Shown: piece by piece, positions 29,001-42,300 of the stretch | How positions within the stretch are numbered: the stretch's first letter is position 1 | How the letters are laid out: each line of letters starts with the position of its first letter | Source: Balanoglossus misakiensis | Lineage: Eukaryota; Animalia; Hemichordata | Assembly (NCBI GenBank): GCA_040954595.2 | Contig: CM082580.2 | Span: 11,608,909 to 11,672,908 of the forward strand | Direction of reading: 5' to 3' | Length of the DNA stretch: 64,000 nt | Program-made: the position numbers and the translations under genes | The notes under the pieces: model-generated | The model's input: only the letters and a program-made list of their open reading frames with translations | Told to the model about the DNA's origin: nothing | Database searches by the model: none

Positions 29001-32000
29001 ATATTCCTGACTGTCCCAATGGTGAAGATGAAGACGATTGTCCATGCAAGCCCTCTGAATTCACTTGCTCCAATGGAAAATGTATACCGCTGGTGAAACA
29101 ATGTGATGACGTTATCGATTGTCCAAATGGAGAAGACGAAGCTATACCACCATGTCCACCACCTTGCCTTACCTTTGAATGTCTTACAGGAGAATGCATC
29201 ACTGAAACAGCTGTTTGTAACTATATTCCTGACTGTCCCAATGGTGAAGATGAAGACGATTGTCCATGTAAGCCATCTGAATTCACTTGCTCCAATGGAA
29301 AATGTATACCGCTTGTGAAACAATGTGATGACGTTGTCGATTGTCCAAATGGAGAAGACGAAGCTATACCACCATGTGAACCGGTTGAACCCTGTTTTGG
29401 CTTTAAATGTTCTTCTGGAGAGTGTATTCCTAAAACAGCTGTTTGCAATCACGTTGTTGACTGTCCCAATGGTGAAGATGAAATTGGTTGTCCATGCAAA
29501 CCAACAGAATTTACCTGTCCCAATGGAAAGTGTATTCCAGTGTTCAGATGTTGTGATGGCGTGTCTGATTGTCCATCTGGAGCAGATGAAGCTATACCAC
29601 CATGTCCACCACCTTGCTTTGGATTTGAATGTGATACAGGAGAATGCATCCCTGAAACAGCAATATGTAACTATATTCCTGACTGTCCCAATGGTGAAGA
29701 TGAAGACGATTGTCCATGCAAGCCCTCTGAATTCACTTGCTCCAATGGAAAATGTATACCAGTGGTGAAACATTGTGATGACGTTGTCGATTGTCCAAAT
29801 GGAGAAGACGAAGCTATACCACCATGTCCACCACCTTGCCTTACCTTTGAATGTCTTACAGGAGAATGCATCCCTGAAACAGCTGTTTGTAACTATATTC
29901 CTGACTGTCCCAATGGTGAAGATGAAGACGATTGTCCATGCAAGCCATCTGAATTCACTTGCTCCAATGGAAAATGTATACCGCTTGTGAAACAATGTGA
30001 TGACGTTATCGATTGTCCAAATGGAGAGGACGAAGCTATACCACCATGTGAAGTAATTCAACCCTGCTTTGGCTTTAAATGTTCTTCTGGGGAGTGTATT
30101 CTTAAATCAGCTGTCTGTAACCATGTTGTAGACTGTCCCAATGGTGAAGATGAAATTGGTTGTCCATGCAAACCAACAGAATTTACCTGCCCCAATGGAA
30201 AGTGTATTCCAGTGTTTAGATGTTGTGATGGCGTGTCTGATTGTCCATCTGGAGCAGATGAAGCTATACCACCATGTCCACCACCTTGCTTTGGATTTGA
30301 ATGTGATACAGGAGAATGCATCTCTAAAAGAGATGTTTGTAACTATATTCCTGACTGTCCCAATGGTGAAGATGAAGACAATTGTCCATGCAAGCCCTCT
30401 GAATTCACTTGCTCCAATGGAAAATGTATACCACTGGTGAAACAATGTGATGACGTTGTCGATTGTTCAAATGGAGAAGACGAAGCTATACCACCATGTG
30501 AACCGGTTCCACCCTGTTTTGACTTTAAATGTCCTTCTGGAGAGTGTATTCCTACAACAGCTGTCTGCAACCACGTTTTTGACTGTCCCAATGGTGAAGA
30601 TGAAATTGGTTGTCCATGCAAACCAACAGAATTTACCTGTCCCAATGGAAAGTGTATTCCAGTGTTCAGATGTTGTGATGGCGTGTCTGATTGTCCATCT
30701 GGAGCAGATGAAGCTATACCACCATGTCCACCACCTTGCTTTGGATTTGAATGTGATACGGGAGAATGCATCCCTGAAACAGCTGTTTGCAACTATATTC
30801 CTGACTGTCCCAATGGTGAAGATGAAGACGATTGTCCATGCAAGCCCTCTGAATTCACTTGCTCCAATGGAAAATGTATACTGCTGGTGAAACAATGTGA
30901 TGACGTTGTCGATTGTCCAAATGGAGAAGACGAAGCTATACCACCATGTCCACCACCTTGCCTTACCTTTAAATGTCTTACAGGAGAATGCATCCCTGAA
31001 ACAGCTGTTTGTAACTATATTCCTGACTGTCCCAATGGTGAAGATGAAGACGATTGTCCATGCAAGCCCTCTGAATTCACTTGCTCCAATGGAAAATGTA
31101 TACCACTGGTGAAACAATGTGATGACGTTGTCGATTGTCCAAATGGAGAAGACGAAGCTATACCACCATGTCCACCACCTTGCCTTACCTTTGAATGTCT
31201 TACAGGAGAATGCATCCCTGAAACAGCTGTTTGCAACTATATTCCTGACTGTCCCAATGGTGAAGATGAAGACGATTGTCCATGTAAGCCATCTGAATTC
31301 ACTTGCTCCAATGGAAAATGTATACCGCTGGTGAAACAATGTGATGACGTTGTCGATTGTCCAAATGGAGAAGACGAAGCTATACCACCATGTGAACCGG
31401 TGGAACCCTGTTTTGGCTTTAAATGTTCTTCTGGAGAGTGTATTCCTAAAACAGCTGTTTGCAACCACGTTGTTGACTGTCCCAATGGTGAAGATGAAAT
31501 TGGTTGTCCATGCAAACCAACAGAATTTACCTGTCCCAATGGAAAGTGTATTCCAGTGTTCAGATGTTGTGATGGCGTGTCTGATTGTCAATCTGGAGCA
31601 GATGAAGCTATACCACCATGTCCACCACCTTGCTTTGGATTTGAATGTGTTACAGGAGAATGCATACCTGAAACAGCAGTATGTAACTATATTCCTGACT
31701 GTCCCAATGGTGAAGATGAAGACGATTGTCCATGCAAGCCGTCTGAATTCACTTGCTCCAATGGAAAATGTATACCGCTGGTGAAACGATGTGATGACGT
31801 TGTCGATTGTCCAAATGGAGAGGACGAAGCTATACCACCATGTCCACCACCTTGCCTTGCCTTTGAATGTCTTACAGGAGAATGCATACCTGAAACAGCT
31901 GTTTGTAACTATATTCCTGACTGTCCCAATGGTGAAGATGAAGACGATTGTCCATGCAAGCCCTCTGAATTCACTTGCTCCAATGGAAAATGTATACCGC

Positions 32001-35000
32001 TGGTGAAACAATGTGATGACGTTATCGATTGTCCAAATGGAGAAGACGAAGCTATACCACCATGTCCACCACCTTGCCTTGCCTTTGAATGTCTTACAGG
32101 AGAATGCATCCCTGAAACAGCTGTTTGTAACTATATTCCTGACTGTCCCAATGGTGAAGATGAAGACGATTGTCCATGCAAGCCCTCTGAATTCACTTGC
32201 TCCAATGGAAAATGTATACCGCTGGTGAAACAATGTGATGACGTTATCGATTGTCCAAATGGAGAAGACGAAGCTATACCACCATGTCCACCACCTTGCC
32301 TTGCCTTTGAATGTCTTACAGGAGAATGCATACCTGAAACAGCTGTTTGTAACTATATTCCTGACTGTCCCAATGGTGAAGATGAAGACGATTGTCCATG
32401 CAAGCCCTCTGAATTCACTTGCTCCAATGGAAAATGTATACCGCTGGTGAAACAATGTGATGACATTATCGATTGTCCAAATGGAGAAGACGAAGCTATA
32501 CCACCATGTCCACCACCTTGCCTTGCCTTTGAATGTCTTACAGGAGAATGCATCCCTGAAACAGCTGTTTGCAACTATATTCCTGACTGTCCCAATGGTG
32601 AAGATGAAGACGATTGTCCATGCAAGCCCTCTGAATTCACTTGCTCCAATGGAAAATGTATACCGCTTGTGAAACAATGTGATGACGTTATCGATTGTCC
32701 AAATGGAGAAGACGAAGCTATACCACCATGTCCACCACCTTGCCTTGCCTTTGAATGTCTTACAGGAGAATGCATCCCTGAAACAGCTGTTTGCAACTAT
32801 ATTCCTGACTGTCCCAATGGTGAAGATGAAGACGATTGTCCATGCAAGCCATCTGAATTCACTTGCTCCAATGGAAAATGTATACCGCTTGTGAAACAAT
32901 GTGATGACGTTATCGATTGTCCAAATGGAGAGGACGAAGCTATACCACCATGTGAAGTAATTCAACCCTGCTTTGGCTTTAAATGTTCTTCTGGGGAGTG
33001 TATTCTTAAATCAGCTGTCTGTAACCATGTTGTAGACTGTCCCAATGGTGAAGATGAAATTGGTTGTCCATGCAAACCAACAGAATTTACCTGCCCCAAT
33101 GGAAAGTGTATTCCAGTGTTTAGATGTTGTGATGGCGTGTCTGATTGTCCATCTGGAGCAGATGAAGCTATACCACCATGTCCACCACCTTGCTTTGGAT
33201 TTGAATGTGATACGGGAGAATGCATCCCTAAAAGAGATGTTTGTAACTATATTCCTGACTGTCCCAATGGTGAAGATGAAGACGATTGTCCATGCAAGCC
33301 CTCTGAATTCACTTGCTCCAATGGAAAATGTATACCGCTGGTGAAACAATGTGATGACGTTGTCGATTGTCCAAATGGAGAAGACGAAGCTATACCACCA
33401 TGTACACCACCTTGCCTTGCCTTTGAATGTCTTACAGGAGAATGCATCCCTGAAACAGCTGTTTGCAACTATATTCCTGACTGTCCATATGGTGAAGATG
33501 AAATTGGTTGTCCATGCATGCCGTCTGAATTCACTTGCTCCAATGGAAAATGTATACCGCTGGTAAAACAATGTGATGACGTTGTTGATTGTCCAAATGG
33601 AGAAGACGAAGCTATACCACCATGTCCACCACCTTGCCTTGCCTTTGAATGTCTTTCAGGAGAATGCATCCCTGAAACAGCTGTTTGTAACTATATTCCT
33701 GACTGTCCCAATGGTGAAGATGAAGACGATTGTCCATGCAAGCCATCTGAATTCACTTGCTCCAATGGAAAATGTATACCGCTGGTGAAACAATGTGATG
33801 ACGTTGTCGATTGTCCAAATGGAGAAGACGAAGCTATACCACCATGTCCACCACCTTGCCTTACCTTTGAATGTCTTACAGGAGAATGCATCCCTGAAAC
33901 AGCTGTTTGTAACTATATTCCTGACTGTCCCAATGGTGAAGATGAAGACGATTGTCCATGCAAGCCCTCTGAATTCACTTGCTCCAATGGAAAATGTATA
34001 CCGCTGGTGAAACAATGTGATGACGTTGTCGATTGTCCAAATGGAGAAGACGAAGCTATACCACCATGTCCACCACCTTGCCTTGCCTTTGAATGTCTTA
34101 CAGGAGAATGCATCCCTGAAACAGCTGTTTGCAACTATATTCCTGACTGTCCCAATGGTGAAGATGAAGACGATTGTCCATGCAAGCCCTCTGAATTCAC
34201 TTGCTCCAATGGAAAATGTATACCGCTGGTGAAACAATGTGATGACGTTGTCGATTGTCCAAATGGAGAAGACGAAGCTATACCACCATGTCCACCACCT
34301 TGCCTTACCTTTGAATGTCTTACAGGAGAATGCATCCCTGAAACAGCTGTTTGTAACTATATTCCTGACTGTCCCAATGGTGAAGATGAAGACGATTGTC
34401 CATGCAAGCCCTCTGAATTCACTTGCTCCAATGGAAAATGTATACCGCTGGTGAAACAATGTGATGACGTTATCGATTGTCCAAATGGAGAAGACGAAGC
34501 TATACCACCATGTCCACCACCTTGCCTTGCCTTTGAATGTCTTACAGGAGAATGCATCCCTGAAACAGCTGTTTGCAACTATATTCCTGACTGTCCCAAT
34601 GGTGAAGATGAAGACGATTGTCCATGCAAGCCCTCTGAATTCACTTGCTCCAATGGAAAATGTATACCGCTGGTGAAACAATGTGATGACGTTGTCGATT
34701 GTCCAAATGGAGAAGACGAAGCTATACCACCATGTCCACCACCTTGCCTTGCCTTTGAATGTCTTACAGGAGAATGCATCCCTGAAACAGCTGTTTGCAA
34801 CTATATTCCTGACTGTCCCAATGGTGAAGATGAAGACGATTGTCCATGCAAGCCCTCTGAATTCACTTGCTCCAATGGAAAATGTATACCGCTGGTGAAA
34901 CAATGTGATGACGTTGTCGATTGTCCAAATGGAGAAGACGAAGCTATACCACCCTGTGAAGTAATTCAACCCTGCTTTGGCTTTAAATGTTCTTCTGGGG

Positions 35001-37777
35001 AGTGTATTCTTAAATCAGCTGTCTGTAACCATGTTGTAGACTGTCCCAATGGTGAAGATGAAATTGGTTGTCCATGCAAACCAACAGAATTTACCTGCCC
35101 CAATGGAAAGTGTATTCCAGTGTTTAGATGTTGTGATGGCGTGTCTGATTGTCCATCTGGAGCAGATGAAGCTATACCACCATGTCCACCACCTTGCTTT
35201 GGATTTGAATGTGATACGGGAGAATGCATCCCTAAAAGAGATGTTTGTAACTATATTCCTGACTGTCCCAATGGTGAAGATGAAGACGAATGTCCATGCA
35301 AGCCCTCTGAATTCACTTGCTCCAATGGAAAATGTATACCGCTGGTGAAACAATGTGATGACGTTGTCGATTGTCCAAATGGAGAAGACGAAGCTATACC
35401 ACCATGTACACCACCTTGCCTTGCCTTTGAATGTCTTACAGGAGAATGCATCCCTGAAACAGCTGTTTGCAACTATATTCCTGACTGTCCATATGGTGAA
35501 GATGAAATTGGTTGTCCATGCATGCCGTCTGAATTCACTTGCTCCAATGGAAAATGTATACCGCTGGTAAAACAATGTGATGACGTTGTTGATTGTCCAA
35601 ATGGAGAAGACGAAGCTATACCACCATGTCCACCACCTTGCCTTGCCTTTGAATGTCTTACAGGAGAATGCATCCCTGAAACAGCTGTTTGTAACTATAT
35701 TCCTGACTGTCCCAATGGTGAAGATGAAGACGATTGTCCATGCAAGCCATCTGAATTCACTTGCTCCAATGGAAAATGTATACCGCTGGTGAAACAATGT
35801 GATGACGTTGTCGATTGTCCAAATGGAGAAGACGAAGCTATACCACCATGTCCACCACCTTGCCTTACCTTTGAATGTCTTACAGGAGAATGCATCCCTG
35901 AAACAGCTGTTTGCAACTATATTCCTGACTGTCCCAATGGTGAAGATGAAGACGATTGTCCATGCAAGCCCTCTGAATTCACTTGCTCCAATGGAAAATG
36001 TATACCACTGGTGAAACAATGTGATGACGTTGTCGATTGTCCAAATGGAGAAGACGAAGCTATACCACCATGTGAACCGGTTGAACCGTGTTTTGACTTT
36101 AAATGTCCTTCTGGAGAGTGTATTCCTAAAGCAGCTGTTTGCAACCACGTTGTTGACTGTCCCAATGGTGAAGATGAAATTGGTTGTCCATGCAAACCAA
36201 CAGAATTTACCTGTCCCAATGGAAAGTGTATTCCAGTGTTCAGATGTTGTGATGGCGTGTCTGATTGTCCATCTGGAGCTGATGAGGAATCGAGTTTGTG
36301 TGGCTGTCAAGTGAATGAATTCTTGTGTCCTGCTGGTAACTGTATATCTATCATACATATATGTAATGACGTTCATGATTGTGTTGGTGGAGCAGACGAA
36401 GCTGAGACCCTTTGTGAATGGGTTACAGTAAACTCTCCCGGAAGTGGTATGTATATTATTTCTTATAATAACTATTGAATTTTTGTGGCAGACGCAAGTC
36501 ACGAGTCCGCAAAATTTGGTGGAAGTGTATGAAGATGTTTCTACTTTATATCAGACAGTGGTTTATATTTGCGTTGTGTTATGTGAAATAGTTTCGTAGA
36601 ATTAATCTCAGCCGTAGTTATTAAGTTACTTGCATGAGAAATGTCACTGCATTTTGATATATTGTTCGTGATTTGAATACTGTATATTTAATTGTTACTG
36701 AGAAGATGATTTGGTCATGCAATTTTCTGCTTTACATACTCTCAAGATATCGATTAGTCCACAAAACTTTTAATGTTACTGCAGTAACACCGACAAGGTC
36801 TAAAAGAAAGCAAGGCAGATTTCTGCAAAATAGAATGTTCTTTTTCGTTGTTGAAGGAGTATTGGATGCTGCGCTGTCGGCATTGGAAGGCGAAGTTGTC
36901 GAACTTGCACGAAAACTGGACGGGCTCCAGGAACACGGTAAACTGTGCATTTTGTGAATTTTCCCGCTTCTTATTTATATCCTTTAAAGTTGCCCGACAA
37001 TCGTTAGCTTTGTTGAACTGGCCATATTCCTTTACCAACGTGTCGGTCATCGACTGGCGTTCTTTGTCACCTTCATTGCATCATTCTGAATATTGTACTA
37101 TGCATTATTCATTTATCCTCAATTTCGACAGACGAAAATCTTATGGAGGGAATAATAACTGAACTTGAAGAGCAATTGGACAGTATCAAGAACAGTTATA
37201 AGCGTGACAGAATCCACCATTTGAAGCACGTCATCTCCTCCGTAGATACGATGGACAAGTTGAATTTCGCTGTACAATTAACAGGTGAGTTTAACAAACA
37301 ACCATACATGCACGTGGAATACAGTGAAATCGAGGTCTCTTGTGCGAAAGTTCACAAAGTTGACAAAAAATTGCAAACACCTGCACACTTGTCCATATTA
37401 ATTATTTTTAATGATCAGTTTTCTTTTTGTTAACTTGTACATGAAAGTTCATCGTAAACATTTACAAGACCATATCAGTATCAGGACATCGCCATGAGTG
37501 GTTAGATTCATAGCAATCTCGAAAGACCGGCGCTCGTGATCCTTTGAAGCCATTGTTGACCGCCATTGATATTGACTTTTTTTTTTTGCTTTTACCAGAT
37601 ACATCTGTGGGCGAACGTAGCCTGAGTAACCTTGCTGGAAACGATGCCACCAACATGGAAACCCAAGACGATTTCGCAAACAAACTGCGTAAAGTTGAAG
37701 GGAAATTGTTTGGTGTAAAACGCGAACTGAGGGCCCGGATTTTCTCTAGGAAACGGGGTGACGTCAGAGAACACTAA
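23087..37777 (+). CDS. Giant secreted LDL-receptor class A repeat protein (~3607 aa, ~90 LDLa modules, C-terminal coiled coil, no TM)
   Basis: Phase-compatible GT-AG exons: 23087-23266 (signal peptide MKLTRIIRVLLLVIQLSHAWAG), 23860-24076, 25101-25220, 25675-25794, 26389-26505 (one LDLa each), 26790-36446 (86 LDLa), 36857-36937, 37132-37284, 37599-37777 (stop). The total is 10,824 nt in one open frame. Confidence 0.85.
26526..26558. repeat. (GAAT)n microsatellite, imperfect
   Basis: gaatgaatgaatgaatgacgaatgaatgaatga in the intron before the giant exon. Confidence 0.8.
26930..36290 (+). repeat. Coding tandem array: 42 units of 222 or 228 bp, each encoding two LDLa modules
   Basis: The 222/228-bp period is visible in the DNA and in shadow-ORF starts (27315, 27537 ... 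36021). There are 32 A-type units (PLVKQCDD) and 10 B-type units (PVFRCCDG). Confidence 0.95.
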
Positions 37778-39316
37778 ACATTGATGTCAACCTATGAAAA
37801 TATGATTTCGGCTTATTTTCATTTCTTGCACTATTTTACTTCCGTCTCGTTTCTACATCGGCTGTTTTTATAAAACATGCTACCGTGGTTCACAAATTGA
37901 AGACCCAAACTTTTAGTGAGATATAAAACCTAAGGAATTTGGTTTCCAGTTTCTCTCGAATATCTTATACTTTTTATAATTTTGCTATTTATCCTGCATA
38001 AATTGGGTTAAATTTATGATTTTAGTCAGCTTTTTTTTAATTTTCGCGTCATGTGACGTGTAGAATGTTAAAATAATATGTACAGTTTCTTTGCACTTAA
38101 TTCAGTTAATTAAAGGTTATTGACACGTTATTTTAACGAATTTGTCCCATTTTCTGTAAAGTAGTGAAATTGCCTCTTTATGGCGTCAGTACGCTCTGTT
38201 TGAGAAGGATGCCCGAATGGTGCCTATACAGTATACAATACCAAACTCCCAAAGTCCTTTTAATATGTAGGTACGAGTGGAGTGCAATCGTTCAGATATT
38301 GAACGATACGAGTGTAGAGTTTCATATTTGAACGAATGTTCTCCATCAACATTATCCGGCTTACAAAACGTAGCATTATGGCAACATCTGTGATTGTTGT
38401 ATGCTAAGCAACTTCTGAATCTCGTCAACCAATCAAAAGCTCCGGGCCCAAAATTGCACCTGGCGAATGGCTCATTTCAGCCAGCGCATGGTCAGTGAGT
38501 TGCCATGCTTCCATCATTCAGAACTCGATCTTTGACGTACAAACACCGTGGCTTAAAGTAGTGACGACAACGACCTGTTCATTACCTGGAGCAATTTCCG
38601 ACAACCAAGTGAAAGTGAAGGTCATGACTGGTGCGATATGGACTGGATTTTCCAAGATTGTGGTAGCCTCTTTGAAGATAATGTACACAAACCATCGGTC
38701 ATGGATAGTGACGACAAAAATCGAGGGTGCCTTTCTCCTGGCTTGCAGCTCCAATTGCGGACATCCTCAATTGTAAGTAACATGTTTGTCATTTTTTTTC
38801 TCAAAACAACAAGTAGGAACGATCAACAGTGGGATGGGCGCACTTGGAATTGCTCAGGAATGAACGGGAAGCATCGAGATTTCCTCTTGTTGCCCAACAC
38901 CATTTTGTGTAACTGCTGTGAGAAACCCATGTAACATCACACTTGCTATGCTGAGCATAAAATCATGCACTTGAAAACACGAGACAAATTATATAGAGTA
39001 GCCAAGTCACACAATACTTTATTTGGAAAGACTGAAATGGTTTCACAGGCTCGCATCTATGAATACAGTCCTGTAAATGCAGAAATAATCAGTATCCCAA
39101 AACCGTGTCACTTGCTGTACACACTGCAACCCACCATTGAATGAGAATAGACAAACCAAGCTGAACAAAGTCCACGCAAAAAAATTCTCAACATCTCCTG
39201 AAACCCATCGGTGACACAGCAGCTGTTTTTCACCATAAAATAGGGGGGTACCAATGGCTTTTTCATTTAAATATTTTCTCATGAATTCCATTTTTGTCAT
39301 GTGAGTGCACACATCA

Positions 39317-42300
39317 TTAAAGCTTCAAGTCTCGGTTGAAATCCAGTGGTTTGAAGTGGCTTTCCACAATTTCTGGCGTGACCTCTTCCACGGTTGCTGG
39401 CTTCCACTTTGGCGCGTTGTCTTTGTCGACCAGAAGAGCACGCACACCCTCGTAGAAATCATGTCCATTCTGTAAAGAAAAGAGTAAAGAAATGTAGATA
39501 TTCAATATGCATACAAGACTGTCGATCTTTTGCAGAGTGTTACTAATTGTCAACCATGTCATTCAGACTCGAGTCATTCTACTACCTACCAAAGTCGTGG
39601 CAACGTGCTTGTATATGACTTACCATGCACCCCTGAGATATTCTGTATTCCATGGTGAAACATTCAGCAAAGCTCAACCTGTCACCTTCTTGAAGTTGTC
39701 GCAGTGTAACTTTCATCGATGTAGGGGACATTGTTTGTAAAGTCTGAAACATATAAATTTTGATCAAGGATTTGCAGAAAATGCCCAAAGTCATAATTTG
39801 ACATGCGTGGATATAAATCCTGTATGTATAGATTAAATTGTCCATGGAAGAAATAGGTGATATTGGCTCAATCGAAGTACAAAGCTCCATCAAGGAGAAA
39901 CTAATAACTTTTCACAATGCTGCCTTATCGTGAGTGCTTCATACCATATCCACAGACGTTAGCATGTATAGTATTACTTCATCTTACCTTCAGTTGTTTG
40001 CTTGCCCATTCACTGCCATCTTTCTTCAAGGCGTCCATGATCTCCTCCACAGTGGCACCACTGAACAATCGATCGATCTCCTCCAGATGAGGCTTCAGAA
40101 CGAAATCTTTGTCCTTGTCAATAGTGCACTGAAATCAGAGAGAAGCATTTCTGAGTGGATTTTGTCTAACACACTCAGTCATTGGTTAATTGGCACAGTT
40201 GATTAACAGGTTCCGAGAATTAATATTTTGACTATGAATGTGACTGGTTGGACACGCCCTGAATATGCCACTTACCTCCTGGTGGAATTCATCTAAAACA
40301 TGACGAACTTGATTTTCATTTGGACTATCGAGACCAAGTAATGCTTTTTCCAATTCATCAAGCTGAAAGCAATGAATTGTTAAATTAAGTACAAATTAAG
40401 TAAAAATTTAAGATATTTTCAGGAGTCACCTTGAAAATTTATGGATCAAAAAAGCAAATTATTACAAATGTACTCATAGAACTACGATAACTCTGAACCT
40501 TTGAACATGCACGGCTTCTGACAAAAGTGCACATAACTATAATTACCCGTTCATGGCCGACAAAATGTGTGGCTACACCAGCTTTGTGCGTGTCCCGGCC
40601 TCTTAACCTGAACCCTGACAGCGCCAGGTAGATTCCCAGTTTCCCACCGAGACGGGGCAAGAAGTATCCGCCTCCAACGTCTGGAAACAATCCGATGCCG
40701 GTCTCTGGCATGGCAAACAGTGTCCGTTGAGTCGCAACACGGAAGTGGCCATGTACAGAGAGGCCTACGCCCTGTCACGTAGAAAAAAAAAGATGGATGT
40801 CAACATGAACACTTCCTAAAAAGCTTGTCGTTTTGGTATCAGTGCATCAAAGTGTACTTGGAGGCTTTTCACACAAAGCATGTAAATCTAGTGTAGTTGT
40901 CATAGTATGAATGATTCTGATAAAACTAGCAGTTCTGAAAGACAAGGGAAGTCCTGTGCAGAGAATAGACAGAACACAATATACAGTCACTTACCCCACC
41001 CATTGTTATCCCATCAATCAATGCTATATATGGTATCTGCAGTGTGCCAATGGCATGATTCAAAATGTATTCTTCCCTGAAAAAATCGGCAGACAAACGG
41101 TCTCCCTTCTTTCCGGCATCAGTTACAGCTAGAAACGGAAAGTCAAATGCATGTAGTTGTTAACAGGGGCTATGATCAAGTTAGGCTTGATAAAAAAAAA
41201 TTAACTTTAACCTGTTTAATGCATTCCTATTTGAACGTAGTTGAATGTTTCATGCATGTTGATTGCAACCAACTGTACAGACAGTCTGCAAAAAGTGGTG
41301 GATAATAAAAGAAAGATGCCCGGTCCACCTGAGTGCCCTATATTCCAGTACAAAAGAACCAGCCAACAATGTAGAGACCGGCGACATTGACCTTTGCTCC
41401 CTGATTTCATCCACATTCCATGTTCTTACCTTTGATGTCACCTCCGGCACAAAACGCCTTTTCTCCGCTTCCTTTGATGATGACTAAGGAGGTCTCTCCA
41501 TCTTCTTCCCATTCCTGTAAAGAGAAAACATCTCCAGTATAACCAGAAAGATATCGTCTCAAGTGCAACTTTGCAGAATGCTCAGCACAGTCCTGGAAGT
41601 TTTAGCACATTGCCAGCAATAGCTTTGTAGATTTTTAGCACTTTAAAAATGTGGTCAGGATAGTGTACTGTACAGTCTAGCTAGCTGTGTATATACTCAC
41701 CTTTAATTTTGGATGTATCTTTCTGATCATCGACAGATTCAAAGCATTGAGTGCTTTTGGTCTGTTCAATGTAATCACACCTTTGTTGCTGATCTTCTCC
41801 AGGATGACATCATCTTCTGCAGCAACTCCCGACATTGCTCTCAGCTGCTGTGTTAGCACTCGAACACGATTGAGAGCCTGCCTATGGAATGCATTTAAGA
41901 AACAATATCAGGTATAGCTGCAATGATTGTAGCGGCCAGTGCTGCTAGGTTGACTGGTGTGCAGCATAACAGCACCCGCTACAATCATTGCAGCTATATC
42001 AGGTATACCATGGAGGTACTCTCTAGTACCTCCATGGTTGTACCTGGTAACATAAATAGCACAAACCCAAACCTGATGATCACGGATATTCACTGGCAGA
42101 AACATGGAGGAACCTCCAATTTTATTTTACACTATCAAGCTAATCCTGGTGCATGCAATCTATATATGCGATCCAGAGACGCGGATCAACCAGACAGTAC
42201 ACCCGACCGCATCCAGACAACCTACATCTTCCAGTTCCAACGAGTACGAAACAACTTGCAAAAATAAAGTTCGCCATCTGAAATGTCTCATGTAAGCTAT

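Noticed and set aside
26930-36290. Regular array read as CRISPR or non-coding satellite
   Set aside because: There are no unique spacers or cas genes and the context is eukaryotic. Units are multiples of 3 and lie in one spliced coding exon.
26819-36478. 3219-aa ORF as a stand-alone intronless gene or LRP1/2 ortholog
   Set aside because: It is bounded by an acceptor at 26789 and a donor at 36447. The signal peptide is in an upstream exon, and there is no YWTD, EGF or TM segment.
26852-36502. Long antisense and frame-shifted ORFs (323, 610, 832, 437, 495 aa and many 66-149 aa ORFs)
   Set aside because: They are shadows of the repeated LDLa unit. A frame with no stop in one unit stays open across all copies, and there is no independent domain signal.
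38186-38934. Cluster of short ORFs between the LDLa gene and HIBCH
   Set aside because: No recognisable domain or coherent splice structure. A non-coding transcript cannot be excluded but is unsupported.
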